The notes beneath the pieces were generated by a model, which had not been told where the DNA came from, ran no database searches, and saw only the letters and a list, made by a program, of their open reading frames with translations. 64,000 nucleotides of DNA from Waterburya sp. (GTDB lineage: Bacteria > Cyanobacteriota > Cyanobacteriia > Cyanobacteriales > Xenococcaceae): assembly GCA_965217895.1 (NCBI GenBank), contig CBDCJV010000002.1:1216001-1280000 (forward strand), given 5' to 3'. Positions 48,690 to 59,574 of the stretch are shown piece by piece; positions within the stretch are counted from its first letter, which is position 1; each line of letters starts with the position of its first letter. Both the position numbers and the translations under genes were made by a program.

Positions 48690-50366
48690 TTAAGAATCGA
48701 TAATAGGCTTAATTTTGGTTAGATAAGCTTGCCAAGCATTCATGGCTTCAGGGTTAGAGTTTACGCCCTTCTGTAATAAAACTACTCCTTGATTAAAGCC
48801 AATGACACCATATTCTTGGTTTTGGAGAACCTGTTTGATTACCTGAGTGATAACTTTTAGGTCAGTGCCATAGTTACTGAAAACTACCTGATAGCGTTCC
48901 ATTATTCCCAGATCGGCAATAAGATAGTCTACCTGATGAATTTTTTGGTTATCTCCTCTAATTTCTAATCCAGGTAAGCGGATGACTTCCCTTCTACTTG
49001 AAACATGGGGAATGATAAAACTGGTTGCTGAAACACTAGCACTGGCAGGAATTTTGGCTAAAAGATGGTAGATATTCTGGCTGCGCTGCCATTGTTCGGG
49101 TGCAGAAATATAAACTAAGGGTTTAATTGAATCGGGTATTAAAAAATAAAAAGTCTGACTGGGGTTGGAAGTGACTGTAAAAAATAAAGATAGACAAATA
49201 CAAAAGATCCAGAAACGACGAAACTGAGGACGAAGCTGGCGCGGTTTGCATTGAGTAATTGCTCTGTTAACATTACCAAAACCCTGTCCAGCCCACCACA
49301 AAATTGAACCATAAAATAAACCAGGAGTAACGCTGATGGCGTAGCGAATGGAAATGCTTAAAACTAAATCTCCCTGACTGAGAAACAATTGTAAAAGAGG
49401 AAAAATGGCGATCGCCCAAGCAGCAGGAGCAACAACGGGTATAAAAGCTAAGGGCAACCATTGCCCCAGCAAATATTTTAGGGTGCTAAAAAAAGGTGTA
49501 AACAACTCCACCAGCAACTTTCCAGGATGAGTAACCATATTGAGAATAATCTCTAGGGTTGAAGCCTGATTTCCTTGGGCGTACTGTCCAAAGTTTTCAA
49601 GCATAAATCTTTGGGAAATATCGCTACTAAACAAAGGCATGACCAAATTAGTTACACCCAGCACATACAAAAAACTACCCAGACACACCGCCAAGCCAAT
49701 TCGCGGATATCGCCGACTAAGAATTAAATAAACTCCAACACCAAATAAGGTAATCCCGCTATCTTCTCGCACTGCCAAAGTACAGATGGCAAAAATCGTA
49801 ACCAGCCACCAGCAGCGTTTCTCCATCGCCAAGAGTAAACTAAACATAAACAGAGGAATTTGGGAAAGATCGTGAAAATTTCCCATAGTTGGACCGACTA
49901 CGGCATTAGCACCATAAAAACTAGCGGTAATCAGAGTTGCGATCGCAGGTTTTAAGTATATTCTTGCCAGAGGATATAAAACCAATCCTGCTGCGGTGAC
50001 AAAAATTACCTGTAAAATCGTCAGGGTAGCTGGATAAGGAAACAAATAGTAAATTGGCAACCAGAGCAATAAAGCGGGGGTAAAATGCTGTCCTAAGCGG
50101 TGATAGCCCACATAGGGAACTTCTCCACTATGAATCACGTTAGTAGAGAGTTGAGAAGAAAGGGTGCTTTGAAAAAAGTTGCCGTGAGTACCGTTCCAAA
50201 AAACCTGATTAAAAATTCCCTGATCGTAAGAAGAATAAAATGAGAAATGACGATGTAGAGTTAAAGTCAGGGTAATTAGAAAAAAAGCGATCGCGAAGCT
50301 AACCGTAGGCATCGCCCAGTAAGTAACAGCTTTTTTATCAGAATCGGTACTCAATTTAGATGTCAT
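48690..50366 (-). CDS. DUF2079 membrane protein (possible GT-C fold)
   Basis: YDQGIFNQVFWN, LGQHFTP, NFHD, VREDS; many TM segments. Confidence 0.8.
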   Translation of the reverse strand: MTSKLSTDSDKKAVTYWAMPTVSFAIAFFLITLTLTLHRHFSFYSSYDQGIFNQVFWNGTHGNFFQSTLSSQLSTNVIHSGEVPYVGYHRLGQHFTPALLLWLPIYYLFPYPATLTILQVIFVTAAGLVLYPLARIYLKPAIATLITASFYGANAVVGPTMGNFHDLSQIPLFMFSLLLAMEKRCWWLVTIFAICTLAVREDSGITLFGVGVYLILSRRYPRIGLAVCLGSFLYVLGVTNLVMPLFSSDISQRFMLENFGQYAQGNQASTLEIILNMVTHPGKLLVELFTPFFSTLKYLLGQWLPLAFIPVVAPAAWAIAIFPLLQLFLSQGDLVLSISIRYAISVTPGLFYGSILWWAGQGFGNVNRAITQCKPRQLRPQFRRFWIFCICLSLFFTVTSNPSQTFYFLIPDSIKPLVYISAPEQWQRSQNIYHLLAKIPASASVSATSFIIPHVSSRREVIRLPGLEIRGDNQKIHQVDYLIADLGIMERYQVVFSNYGTDLKVITQVIKQVLQNQEYGVIGFNQGVVLLQKGVNSNPEAMNAWQAYLTKIKPIIDS

Positions 50367-50510
50367 TGTTTACTGTCTTATTGTTTACTGATTAGCGATC
50401 GCTGATTGAATTTGTAGCAAATCTTCCCCATAAATCAAAACAATCTTAACTTTTGATCTACTTAATCTATAAAATTCTGGCATTTTTAAAGTTCTATTTT
50501 AGAATAGAGA

Positions 50511-50577
50511 GGGCGGAGACAAAAGTTTCCGTTCACTCCTCACACCACAATCCGCTCGATAATTATCGGGCGGTTTT
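50511..50577 (+). ncRNA. yfr1: Yfr1 small RNA
   Basis: Signature ACTCCTCACAC (50535-50545) between a 5' hairpin (GCGGAGAC..GTTTCCGT) and a terminator hairpin (CCGCTCGAT..ATCGGGCGG TTTT); TAGAAT -10 at 50500-50505; upstream of trxA. Confidence 0.92.
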
Positions 50578-50606
50578 CTATTTTCAACGTATAAGTTAAA
50601 TATTTT

Positions 50607-50655
50607 ACTGCCCTAACTGCCCTAACTGCCCCAACTGTCCCCACTGCCCTAACTG
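50607..50655. repeat. 9-bp tandem repeat CCCTAACTG, about 5 units
   Basis: Direct reading. Confidence 0.85.
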
Positions 50656-50770
50656 TTACTTCTACTACTTTCGATATAAAGTCTTGTTGTTTTAGAATCT
50701 ATTAACCGTTGGCTATGGTAGAATTTTGTATTATTGAAAAGGATTTTTGTGGTAAATCAGGACTTAAATA

Positions 50771-51097
50771 ATGTCATCATCAGCTGCGCCAGTAACAGAT
50801 GCAAGTTTTGCAGAAGAAGTTTTAGAAAGTTCCGTTCCCGTACTAGTAGATTTTTGGGCTCCTTGGTGTGGTCCTTGCCGTATGGTTGCGCCAGTAGTAG
50901 ACGAAATTGCCGAGCAATATGACGATCAAATTAAAGTAGTTAAATTAAATACAGACGAAAACCCTCAAGTTGCTAGTCAATATGGTATTCGCAGTATTCC
51001 CACCTTGATGATCTTCAAGGATGGTCAAAGAGTAGATATGGTAGTTGGAGCAGTCCCTAAAACTACTTTGGCAAACACACTAGAAAAATATCTATAA
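50771..51097 (+). CDS. trxA: Thioredoxin (m-type)
   Basis: WAPWCGPC. Confidence 0.97.
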   Translation: MSSSAAPVTDASFAEEVLESSVPVLVDFWAPWCGPCRMVAPVVDEIAEQYDDQIKVVKLNTDENPQVASQYGIRSIPTLMIFKDGQRVDMVVGAVPKTTLANTLEKYL

Positions 51098-51121
51098 TTT
51101 TTCTATTAAACATTATGTATG

Positions 51122-51166
51122 TAGCTTCAGCAGATCTTATTCAAAGATTAAGCTGGGGCTAATTTT
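51122..51166 (+). terminator. Putative trxA terminator
   Basis: TAGCTTCAGC...GCTGGGGCTA followed by ATTTT. Confidence 0.5.
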
Positions 51167-51304
51167 ATGTTTGCTCATATTTTTACAGCAGCGGACAGAC
51201 CCCTCGCGTCCGCGTTTATATCGGACGCAGCAGAGTAATCTGTAACTGTAGAGCCATTTTTATCGCTACAATAACTGAGGAAAAAAGTCTATTAGAATAA
51301 ATTT

Positions 51305-52372
51305 ATGACTTTATCTTCACCTAACGACTCAGAATTATTAAATCAGCAGCTAAAGGATTTGCTGGCAATTCTCTCTAATCATCCTCATCGTCAATTAATC
51401 CAGCGAGCTTTGGGTGTGCTAACCAGAATTGCTAAGGAGGACACAGAACGACCCAACTGGAAGATTTTAACTGCTTCTATTGAAGATTTAGAACAGGGAT
51501 TTAAAAAGTTTTACCCCTATAGACACACCAGAAAAATTGCTATTTTTGGTTCAGCTCGAACTTTAAAAGAGCAGGCAGAATACAAAATGGCAATGGAGTT
51601 TGCTCGCTGTATGATCCAGTCTGGATTTATGGTGATAACTGGGGCTGGGGGCGGAATTATGCAGGCAGGAAACGAGGGGGCTGGCAAAGATAATTCTTTT
51701 GGGCTTAATATTAGATTGCCTTTTGAACAGGGTGCCAACTCTGCTATTAAAGGGGATGATAAGTTAATCGACTTTAAATACTTTTTTACTCGCAAATTAT
51801 TTTTCTTAAGAGAAAGTGATGCGATCGCTCTTTTTCCTGGCGGTTTTGGTACTCAAGATGAAGCTTTTGAAACTCTAACCCTTTGTCAAACTGGTAAATA
51901 TGGCCCTGTACCTTTAGTTTTGGTCGATAAACCAGGAGGGGATTACTGGCATTCTTGGAATAATTATATTTGTAAACAGCTAAAAGCTAAAGGGTTAATT
52001 AGTCCAGAAGATACTAGTCTGTATACGATTACCGATGAATTAGACGTAGCTTGTCAAACTATTAAAGACTTTTACCGCGTATATCACTCTAGTCGTTACG
52101 TAGGTAGCCTATTTGTAATGCGTCTTAAGCTGGAATTAGCCGATGAAAAAGTTGAGGAGCTAAATCAAGATTTTGCCGATATACTTAGTCAAGGAAAAAT
52201 TACTAAGACTGCTGCCCTCCCAGAAGAGCAAAAAGACCAACAGACAATTAATTTACCGCGCTTGTGTTTTTACTTTAATCAAAAAAGCCTAGGTCGTTTA
52301 CATCAGCTAATCGCTAAAATTAATCAGTTTGACATGGTTTGTGATGCCACGGAACATCCAGAACTCAAATAA
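51305..52372 (+). CDS. LOG/Rossmann-fold nucleotide-binding protein
   Basis: IFGSAR, ITGAGGGIM, YFFTRK, FPGGFGTQDE. Confidence 0.9.
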   Translation: MTLSSPNDSELLNQQLKDLLAILSNHPHRQLIQRALGVLTRIAKEDTERPNWKILTASIEDLEQGFKKFYPYRHTRKIAIFGSARTLKEQAEYKMAMEFARCMIQSGFMVITGAGGGIMQAGNEGAGKDNSFGLNIRLPFEQGANSAIKGDDKLIDFKYFFTRKLFFLRESDAIALFPGGFGTQDEAFETLTLCQTGKYGPVPLVLVDKPGGDYWHSWNNYICKQLKAKGLISPEDTSLYTITDELDVACQTIKDFYRVYHSSRYVGSLFVMRLKLELADEKVEELNQDFADILSQGKITKTAALPEEQKDQQTINLPRLCFYFNQKSLGRLHQLIAKINQFDMVCDATEHPELK

Positions 52373-52493
52373 AGCAGTTATGTTTCTTAAACATAAAGTA
52401 AATAATAAAAACATATTATTAAGCTTTGTATAAATATAGTATTTAAATCTAAATATTTTCTTTATATTTCTTGGAAGTGAACTAGAATTTATA

Positions 52494-52775
52494 TTGTGGT
52501 CAGAAGTAACTACTGACTTACGACAATATAACGAGCTATTGGGTGAATTTGAATTGAATATTACACTATTGCGCCAAACCTGGAATTTAATTGAAACGAC
52601 TAATGCTTCAGAAATTTTAGAAATAGGCGAAACAGAATTGGTACAAAAATTATTAAGCCGTCTTGATGCTCAAAAACCTTTAGCCGATCAAGAACGTATT
52701 ACCTTGGTTGAATACCTTCACTCCAAAGTTGGCTTGATCAAGGATACTGCCGAGTCTCGCTTGGTGTCTGTCTAA
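52494..52775 (+). CDS. Hypothetical protein (start uncertain)
   Basis: LLRQTWNLIETT...YLHSKVGLIKDTAESR resembles a small conserved cyanobacterial protein. Confidence 0.6.
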   Translation: MWSEVTTDLRQYNELLGEFELNITLLRQTWNLIETTNASEILEIGETELVQKLLSRLDAQKPLADQERITLVEYLHSKVGLIKDTAESRLVSV

Positions 52776-52795
52776 ATAATAATTGACGAATGCCT

Positions 52796-53086
52796 TCAAG
52801 TTCTAAGCCAAACTCGGTAACTCCAATTCAGTAGCCAAATAAGCTGCCTAACTTTTGCTAATTGTAACTGTATGAGTTGATAGCGTTTGCGGGCTAAGTA
52901 TATGTTTTGTTGTCCTTGATAAATTACCTTGGGAGTAAATTTAAGCACAACACGAAAATAAATCTCATAATTTATCAAAATGGCAGTGATTCTAGCTAAA
53001 AGCAGCCTTAATTGCCAGATTTTAATGGCTATATAAATATTAAGCAGTGTAATTGAGAAATTAACCGCAACAATTAGAAATATCAT
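52796..53086 (-). CDS. Hypothetical membrane protein
   Basis: Hydrophobic N-terminus, ATG start. Confidence 0.55.
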   Translation of the reverse strand: MIFLIVAVNFSITLLNIYIAIKIWQLRLLLARITAILINYEIYFRVVLKFTPKVIYQGQQNIYLARKRYQLIQLQLAKVRQLIWLLNWSYRVWLRT

Positions 53087-53131
53087 TAATGCTTAAAATA
53101 GAGCCAGATTAATTTAATCAGTTAAACCCGA

Positions 53132-54343
53132 ATGAAACTGCTGGTTCTGAGTAATGGTCATGGAGAAGATGTAATAGCTGTTCGCATTATAGAACAATTA
53201 CAAATTGTTACCAATAATTTAGAAATAGCGGCTTTACCGATTGTCGGACAAGGTTACGCTTACAACAAATTAAATATTCCCATTGCTGGAAGAGTGCAGC
53301 AAATGCCTTCTGGGGGATTTATATATATGGGAGGCGATCCGCTTTGGCAAGATGTGCGGAGTGGGTTAATTAAGTTAACAACTGAACAGCTCAAGCTAGT
53401 GCGTCAATGGGGTAGAGAGAATGCGGCAATATTAGCAGTAGGAGATATTGTTCCCTTGCTATACGCCTGGTTGAGCAAAGCTAATTTTGCTTTTGTAGGT
53501 ACGGCTAAATCCGAATATTATCTGCGTAGCGAAACCGATTGGCTGGCTAAAACTTCCAGCTTAGAGAAAAAACTTGGTTCGGTTTATTTACCTTGGGAGC
53601 GTTGGTTGATGAGTCGTAATACCTGTAAAGCAGTATTTCCTAGGGATAGTTTGACTACAGAGATTTTACAAAAGTGGTCAATTCCTGCTTACGATCTGGG
53701 AAATCCGATGATGGATGGAATTACCTCAGAAATAAAATCCCTAGAATTAAAAAAACTCAGAGTATTATTATTAGCGGGTTCGAGAATGCCAGAGGCATTA
53801 AATAATTGGCAACAGATTTTGACCGCCTTGCTGTGGATAATTAATGAGTTTCCAGCCGAAAAATTAGAGTTTTTAGGCGCGATCGCACCAATATTGAATC
53901 TTAGAGTATTTGTTGAAGATGCAGTCACCTACGGCTGGGAAATAGCCGAAGAGAAAGCTCAAACTATAACCTTGACTAAAACCAACTGTGACCTAATTTT
54001 GAGCCAAGAAAATTATCAACAGTTTCTACAACAGTCAAATATTGCGATCGCCATGGCAGGTACAGCAACCGAACAATTTGTCGGCTTAGGCAAACCTGCG
54101 GTTATCATGCCAGGATCTGGACCTCAATTTACCTCTGCTTTTGCTGAAGCTCAATCGCGTTTACTTGGTTGCTCAATCATTATGGTAGACAATCCTCAGC
54201 AGGTGGGTAAAGCGATCGCTCAAGCAATCAATGATCCGCAACAGCTAATTAATATTGCTCTCAATGGTAAACGACGGATGGGAAAAGCAGGTGCCGCTAA
54301 AAGAATTGCTCAATGTCTACAAGAAAAGCTCTTAAAAATCTAA
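53132..54343 (+). CDS. Lipid-A-disaccharide synthase-related protein
   Basis: LSNGHGED, MPSGGF, LLAGSR, MAGTATEQ, GPQFT..FAEAQ. Confidence 0.85.
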   Translation: MKLLVLSNGHGEDVIAVRIIEQLQIVTNNLEIAALPIVGQGYAYNKLNIPIAGRVQQMPSGGFIYMGGDPLWQDVRSGLIKLTTEQLKLVRQWGRENAAILAVGDIVPLLYAWLSKANFAFVGTAKSEYYLRSETDWLAKTSSLEKKLGSVYLPWERWLMSRNTCKAVFPRDSLTTEILQKWSIPAYDLGNPMMDGITSEIKSLELKKLRVLLLAGSRMPEALNNWQQILTALLWIINEFPAEKLEFLGAIAPILNLRVFVEDAVTYGWEIAEEKAQTITLTKTNCDLILSQENYQQFLQQSNIAIAMAGTATEQFVGLGKPAVIMPGSGPQFTSAFAEAQSRLLGCSIIMVDNPQQVGKAIAQAINDPQQLINIALNGKRRMGKAGAAKRIAQCLQEKLLKI

Positions 54344-54350
54344 AATAAAG

Positions 54351-55124
54351 ATGACAAATCAATTACGGGGTTTAATCTTTGATGTAGACGGTACTTTGGC
54401 TAACACAGAAAGAGACGGACATCGAGTGGCTTTTAATCAGGCGTTTGCAGAGGCTGGTTTGGATTGGCATTGGTCAGTAGAATTGTATGGTCAGCTACTA
54501 GCAGTTGCAGGGGGAAAAGAAAGAATTAAGTTTTATCTAAGTCAGTGTTTACCAGACTTCAAACCTAGTCAGGACATTACTGATTTTGTTACTCATCTCC
54601 ATCAGCTTAAGACCAAATACTATTTAGCATTACTTCGCCGAGGAGCAATCAAACTTCGACCAGGAACAAAGAGAATCATTGAATCAGCTAGACAAAATGA
54701 TGTTAGTCTGGCGATCGCAACTACATCTTCTTTACCTAACGTAATTGCTTTATTGGAGAAATATTTAGACTTAGATTGGTTTGAAACTATTGCCGCAGGA
54801 GATATTGTCGCTGCCAAAAAACCTGCTCCCGATATTTATAATTACGTTATCGATAAAATTTCCCTTCCGGCTCAAAACCTGCTGGTTTTTGAAGATTCTA
54901 ATAACGGTTTAGAAGCAGCAACTAAAGCAAGATTAAAAACCGTAGTGACTGTTAACAATTACACAAAACAACAAGATTTTAGCCAAGCAGCTTTGGTAGT
55001 CAGTGATTTGGGCGAACCAAATTTACCATGTCAAGTTATTCAAGGTGATTTTCAAGCTAGCTATTTAGATATAGCAAATTTAGGCACAATTTTAGCAACC
55101 CAAATATCCAACAAACCACTATGA
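54351..55124 (+). CDS. CbbY-like HAD hydrolase
   Basis: FDVDGTLANTERDGHRVAFN, KKPAPDIY, FEDS. Confidence 0.9.
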   Translation: MTNQLRGLIFDVDGTLANTERDGHRVAFNQAFAEAGLDWHWSVELYGQLLAVAGGKERIKFYLSQCLPDFKPSQDITDFVTHLHQLKTKYYLALLRRGAIKLRPGTKRIIESARQNDVSLAIATTSSLPNVIALLEKYLDLDWFETIAAGDIVAAKKPAPDIYNYVIDKISLPAQNLLVFEDSNNGLEAATKARLKTVVTVNNYTKQQDFSQAALVVSDLGEPNLPCQVIQGDFQASYLDIANLGTILATQISNKPL

Positions 55125-55220
55125 AATAAGGATTTAATTCCCATAGAAAATGGCGATCGCTATCGCTGTTGCTGATTCGGAAGTCTAATTGATTAAAAAT
55201 GCTAGCTGTTAGACAAATAC

Positions 55221-55249
55221 AAAAAAAGGATGTTTTAGTAAACATCCTT
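55221..55249 (-). terminator. Intrinsic terminator after rplL
   Basis: Minus strand AAGGATGTTT-ACTA-AAACATCCTT followed by a T run. Confidence 0.8.
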
Positions 55250-55275
55250 CTAGTAATTAAATTTCAATTAGCTGA

Positions 55276-55656
55276 TTACTTAACAGTAACTTTTGCGCCA
55301 GCTTCTTCCAATTTCTTCTTGGTTTCTTCTGCATCCTCTTTAGGAACACCTTCTTTTAAGGCTTTGGGTGTAGATTCTACCATTTCTTTGGCTTCTTTTA
55401 GACCCAAGCCAGTGATGGTACGAACCACTTTGAGAATGGCAATTTTCTTGTCTTTGGGTACATCTTCTAAGATTACGTCAAATTCAGTTTTCTCTTCTTC
55501 AGCCTCAGCAGCAGCAGCAGGAGCAGCCATAGCTACACCAGCAGAAGCAGCAGCACTTACGCCGAAAGTTTCTTCAATTTGGGAAACCAGTTCAGAAGCC
55601 TCTAAAAGACTTAGAGTTTTCAACTTTTCGAGAATTTCATCAGTTGCAGTAGACAT
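55276..55656 (-). CDS. rplL: 50S ribosomal protein L7/L12
   Basis: [19 protein letters not shown]. Confidence 0.98.
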   Translation of the reverse strand: MSTATDEILEKLKTLSLLEASELVSQIEETFGVSAAASAGVAMAAPAAAAEAEEEKTEFDVILEDVPKDKKIAILKVVRTITGLGLKEAKEMVESTPKALKEGVPKEDAEETKKKLEEAGAKVTVK

Positions 55657-55713
55657 AAATTTACTCCGTATTTTAGATAGTGATTAATTACGTAAATAAT
55701 TGGCGAAAAACGT

Positions 55714-56238
55714 TTATTCTTCTTTCTCGGAAACAGCCTTGATAGCTCTTGCCAGTCCACTGGGAACTTCTTTAACACCTACAGCAAGTTTGGTTGCCAA
55801 AGCGTTAATTGAGCCAGCAATTTGAGCATATAGCTCATCTTTGGTAGGCAAGTCACCTAATGCTTCAACCTGCTCTTTACTTAAAGCCTGACCTTCCATT
55901 ACGCCACCGCGCAATTCAGTCTTCTTGGTATCCTTCTGGAATCCCTTATAAGCTTTAACGGCTGCGCCTATCTCTTCTCCAGTAAAAAGAAATGCCGTGG
56001 CATCGTTAAGCAATTCAGCCATTGGCTGCCAGTTTTCATCACCATCAATGGCGATGTTCATTAGGGTGTTTTTGGTAATCTTACAGCTAGCACCGCTAGG
56101 GCGTAGACGATTACGCAGATCGGTAATTTCTGCTACCGATAATCCTTCATAGTTAATTACAAATCCTAGCTGTGCCTCACTCAAGGCTTCTTTAAGATCG
56201 GCTACTATTTCTTTTTTGTTGGCGAGGGTTCTCCCCAT
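55714..56238 (-). CDS. rplJ: 50S ribosomal protein L10
   Basis: GLSVAEITDLR, KNTL; operon position. Confidence 0.97.
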   Translation of the reverse strand: MGRTLANKKEIVADLKEALSEAQLGFVINYEGLSVAEITDLRNRLRPSGASCKITKNTLMNIAIDGDENWQPMAELLNDATAFLFTGEEIGAAVKAYKGFQKDTKKTELRGGVMEGQALSKEQVEALGDLPTKDELYAQIAGSINALATKLAVGVKEVPSGLARAIKAVSEKEE

Positions 56239-56297
56239 CTTCTATCACCTCCTTTTTGATTGTTATCTTTTGGGTCAAAGTTACACCGTCATAAAAC

Positions 56298-56430
56298 GAA
56301 AAAACCTCCAGCTTCTTGCCAGAGGTTGCCCAGTCATTTATCTCAATTTCTAATCAGAGAAATTGCTCGATAAGACTGATGGACATTGACCTCGGCAGGA
56401 AATTAAGCAGACGCGCCTGCTGTCTTTGGT
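56298..56430 (-). promoter_or_regulatory. Ribosomal L10 leader RNA
   Basis: Minus strand CCAAAGACAGCAGG...TTAA..CCTGCCGAGG, then AACCTC..GAGGTTTTTT hairpin upstream of rplJ. Confidence 0.8.
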
Positions 56431-56482
56431 GTTAGTCGTCTAATCTTGGATGTTTATTTGTGGTGTTTGTCAAAAATTTCGT

Positions 56483-57202
56483 TTAGGCTGCCTCAGTCAA
56501 ACTTAAATCTCGTAAAGCACTCGCATCAACCTGAATTGATGGACCCATGGAAGCGGAAATATAGACAGTACGCCAGTAACGACCCTTTGCTCCCGAAGGG
56601 CGATTGCGGTCAACGGTTTCCTGTAGAGCTTTTAAATTAGCTAGCAAATCTTCCGCCGAAAAAGATGCCTTACCAAACATAACATGAACGATACCACTTT
56701 TGTCAGCCCGAAACTCTAATTTACCAGCTTTGAATGCCTGAACGGCTGGTTCTAAATCGGCGGTAACAGTTCCTCCTTTAGGAGATGGCATTAGACCTTT
56801 TGGCCCTAAAACACGACCTAATTTAGCTACCTTGGGCATCATATCAGGAGTCGCAATTAGAATATCAAAATCCATCATGCCTTTGGAGATGTCTTCGATT
56901 AGCTCTTCTGAACCATAGATTTCCGCTCCAGCATCTTGGGCTTCTTTGACCTTTTCGCCGCGAGCAATTACTGCAACTCTAACGGTTTGTCCTGTACCTT
57001 TAGGTAAACTGACGGTGGTTCTAAGCTGTTGGTCAGTGTACTTGGGATCGATACCCAGCTTCAGGTGAGCTTCTGCTGTCTCATCAAATTTAGCTGTAGC
57101 AGTCTCTTTAAGCAAGTTTAAGGCTTCTAGAGGCTCGTATGCTTTATCTTCGTCAACTTTTTTAATTAGCTCTCGCATTCGGCGAGACATTTTCTTGGTC
57201 AT
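56483..57202 (-). CDS. rplA: 50S ribosomal protein L1
   Basis: [17 protein letters not shown]. Confidence 0.98.
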   Translation of the reverse strand: MTKKMSRRMRELIKKVDEDKAYEPLEALNLLKETATAKFDETAEAHLKLGIDPKYTDQQLRTTVSLPKGTGQTVRVAVIARGEKVKEAQDAGAEIYGSEELIEDISKGMMDFDILIATPDMMPKVAKLGRVLGPKGLMPSPKGGTVTADLEPAVQAFKAGKLEFRADKSGIVHVMFGKASFSAEDLLANLKALQETVDRNRPSGAKGRYWRTVYISASMGPSIQVDASALRDLSLTEAA

Positions 57203-57312
57203 GGTTGAATCTCTCCTTGGGTAATTAGCGAAGTGGTTTGCTTCTCCCCGTAAAATTTGTAAGTAATAAGTTTTTGACTGTGGAAAATATGCTTAATCAG
57301 CGATGCCTACGG

Positions 57313-57741
57313 CTAAGCTTCGCTAATCGCCACACCCATATTTTTTGCTGTTCCCGCCACAATTTTCATTGCTGCTTCGATATCATTGGCATTGAGATCG
57401 GGCATTTTGGTTTGAGCAATTTCTTTAAGCTGATCTTTGCTGATCGTTGCCACTTTTTGCTTATTTGGCTCGTTTGCTCCTTTTTCTATGCCTGCTGCCT
57501 TTTTAATTAGAACAGATGCAGGAGGAGTTTTGAGGATAAAAGTAAAGCTTCGATCTTCAAATACAGAGATTTCTACAGGAATTACTAGTCCTACTTTCTC
57601 TGCTGTTTTGGCATTGTATTCTTTACAGAATGCCATGATATTGACACCGTGTTGACCCAAAGCAGGACCAACTGGAGGTGCAGGGTTAGCTTTACCCGCA
57701 GGCAAAGCTAATTTAATTAACGCTACAACTTTTCTAGGCAT
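57313..57741 (-). CDS. rplK: 50S ribosomal protein L11
   Basis: [15 protein letters not shown]. Confidence 0.98.
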   Translation of the reverse strand: MPRKVVALIKLALPAGKANPAPPVGPALGQHGVNIMAFCKEYNAKTAEKVGLVIPVEISVFEDRSFTFILKTPPASVLIKKAAGIEKGANEPNKQKVATISKDQLKEIAQTKMPDLNANDIEAAMKIVAGTAKNMGVAISEA

Positions 57742-57744
57742 TTT

Positions 57745-58383
57745 TTAGTTTTGTTTCTCGACTTGATTAAACTCCAATTCTACTGGAGTATCTCGCCCAA
57801 AAATAGATAGTAAGGCTTTTAGCTTACTTCTTTCTGGGCTAACTTCAATTACCTCCCCTTCAAACTCTTTAAATGGACCAGAAAGGACGGCAATCTTATC
57901 GCCAATTTCCATGTCAATTTTCATGACAGGCTCTTGTTCTTCAGCTTGCTTAAAGATGCGCTCTACTTCAGCGCGGGATAAAGGAAGTGGCTTAACATGA
58001 CCCCTACCTCTACCATAACGACGCTTTTGTTCTGCACCTACAAAGTTAATCACATTCGGGGTGTTTTTGACTATCTGCCAGGCATCATCATCCATCAGCA
58101 TTTTCACCAGAACATATCCAGGGAAAACTTTTTCGTCGCTGGTATAGCGTGAACCGTCTTTACGGATTTTGACGCTGGGGGTTTGGGGAATCTGCACCTG
58201 CATAACGCGATCGCCTATGTCTAGGGTTTGAATCCGCATTTCCATATCAGTTTTAACACGCTTTTCACATCCTGAAGCTACCTGTATAGCGTACCAGCGA
58301 GGACTACCTTTGGCTTTTAGATTAACCTGCACCTCCTCTGTCTGCTGATTATCATCTTCTGGTATGTCTGCGGCATTAGTCAT
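57745..58383 (-). CDS. nusG: Transcription termination/antitermination factor NusG
   Basis: WYAIQVASGCE, FPGYVLV, KOW GPFKEFEG, IFGRDTPVEL; ATG at 58383. Confidence 0.97.
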   Translation of the reverse strand: MTNAADIPEDDNQQTEEVQVNLKAKGSPRWYAIQVASGCEKRVKTDMEMRIQTLDIGDRVMQVQIPQTPSVKIRKDGSRYTSDEKVFPGYVLVKMLMDDDAWQIVKNTPNVINFVGAEQKRRYGRGRGHVKPLPLSRAEVERIFKQAEEQEPVMKIDMEIGDKIAVLSGPFKEFEGEVIEVSPERSKLKALLSIFGRDTPVELEFNQVEKQN

Positions 58384-58385
58384 AA

Positions 58386-58622
58386 TTAAAATACTTTTCC
58401 TGCTCCCCAAGTAAAAAATTTATCAATTAGATAAATTATTGTGGACACTAAAATAACCATCAGAATTACGGCTGCTGACTCACTGATTAACTGTTGACGA
58501 GAAGGCCAAACAACTTTTCCCAATTCTTCTTTGGTTTGAATGGCAAATTCGGCAACACCACCGCCACTTGCTGCTTCTTTAGCTGCTGGCGTTTCTTTTT
58601 TTACTATATCTTTTTTGGTCAA
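58386..58622 (-). CDS. secE: Preprotein translocase subunit SecE
   Basis: ELGKVVWPSR + TM. Confidence 0.95.
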   Translation of the reverse strand: MTKKDIVKKETPAAKEAASGGGVAEFAIQTKEELGKVVWPSRQQLISESAAVILMVILVSTIIYLIDKFFTWGAGKVF

Positions 58623-58885
58623 AACTGTTACCTCGCGAGGGTATTCGCTGAAAATAATTTATATGCTACTATCTTTAAAATATTAGCTTCAAAGTAAAAT
58701 AGTACTGCTGACTATCCAATCACTGCTTGATAACTTCATTTTTTACTCACCAGAAATTTGCCGATAGCTATTATATTATTAAGCTTAATCAATTATTGAG
58801 TAAATAGCTTGTGGGGATTAATAAGTTTTTGAACCTTTCTGACGCTTGTTTTTAAGCTTCTTCTTAGCAACCAACTTGGGAAATA

Positions 58886-58958
58886 CGCGCCTTGGAGGAC
58901 TTGAACCCCCGACATCCGGTTTTGGAGACCGACGTTCTACCAACTGAACTAAAGACGC
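58886..58958 (-). tRNA. trnW: tRNA-Trp (CCA)
   Basis: GCGTCTTTAGTTCAGTTGGTAGAACGTCGGTCTCCAAAACCGGATGTCGGGGGTTCAAGTCCTCCAAGGCGCG folds as a cloverleaf with anticodon CCA; canonical position before secE. Confidence 0.97.
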
Positions 58959-59061
58959 ATCTATTTAACTGACTTTGACCAACGGTCAATCGTTTCCAAT
59001 TATATCCCATTGGTGCATTTTTCAATTAAAAAAGTAGGTCTTAAATATTTGCGAGAAAACT

Positions 59062-59424
59062 TCAGATAGGGCGATCAAAACGCTGTTTGATTCTAGTAGC
59101 TTTACCGACGCGATCGCGCAAATAATATAGCTTAGCGCGACGAACCTTACCGCGACGCTCTACTTTTATCTTAGAGATCATAGGCGAGTGTAAGAGAAAT
59201 ATTCTTTCTACCCCTACTCCTTGAAACACTTTACGCACGGTAATAGTTTCGTTAATACCGCCATTCTGCATGGCGATTACGGTGCCTTTATAAGGCTGTA
59301 CCCGCTCTTTGTTTCCTTCTGTAATTCTGACACCTACTTCTACAGTGTCACCAACATAGATATTAGGCAAATCTGATTTAAGATGTTCGGCTTCTATTGA
59401 ACGTATTATGGCTTCAGCATTCAT
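59062..59424 (-). CDS. rplS: 50S ribosomal protein L19
   Basis: [20 protein letters not shown]. Confidence 0.98.
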   Translation of the reverse strand: MNAEAIIRSIEAEHLKSDLPNIYVGDTVEVGVRITEGNKERVQPYKGTVIAMQNGGINETITVRKVFQGVGVERIFLLHSPMISKIKVERRGKVRRAKLYYLRDRVGKATRIKQRFDRPI

Positions 59425-59574
59425 GGCTATTATAAAAACTCACGATTTACCATCATAGCTTTTTTTCAGCCAATGGGAAAGAGGAAATCACAGTAGTTCA
59501 CATCAAAGTATTAAAGTATTAATTAAATTTCGTCAAATTTAAGTCTCCCTGATTTGTTACTTTATTCTTGACTC

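Noticed and set aside
11409..50655. Short tandem repeats as CRISPR arrays
   Set aside because: Units are 7-9 bp, directly adjacent and without unique spacers.
55199..55687. 162-aa plus-strand ORF
   Set aside because: Antisense shadow of rplL. The same applies to the other short ORFs lying antisense to or nested in trpS, metF, mfd, the RT, recQ, rplK and amt.
58886..58958. tRNA-Trp as an integration site
   Set aside because: Canonical rplS-trnW-secE order is intact; no duplicated tRNA 3' end or integrase seen.
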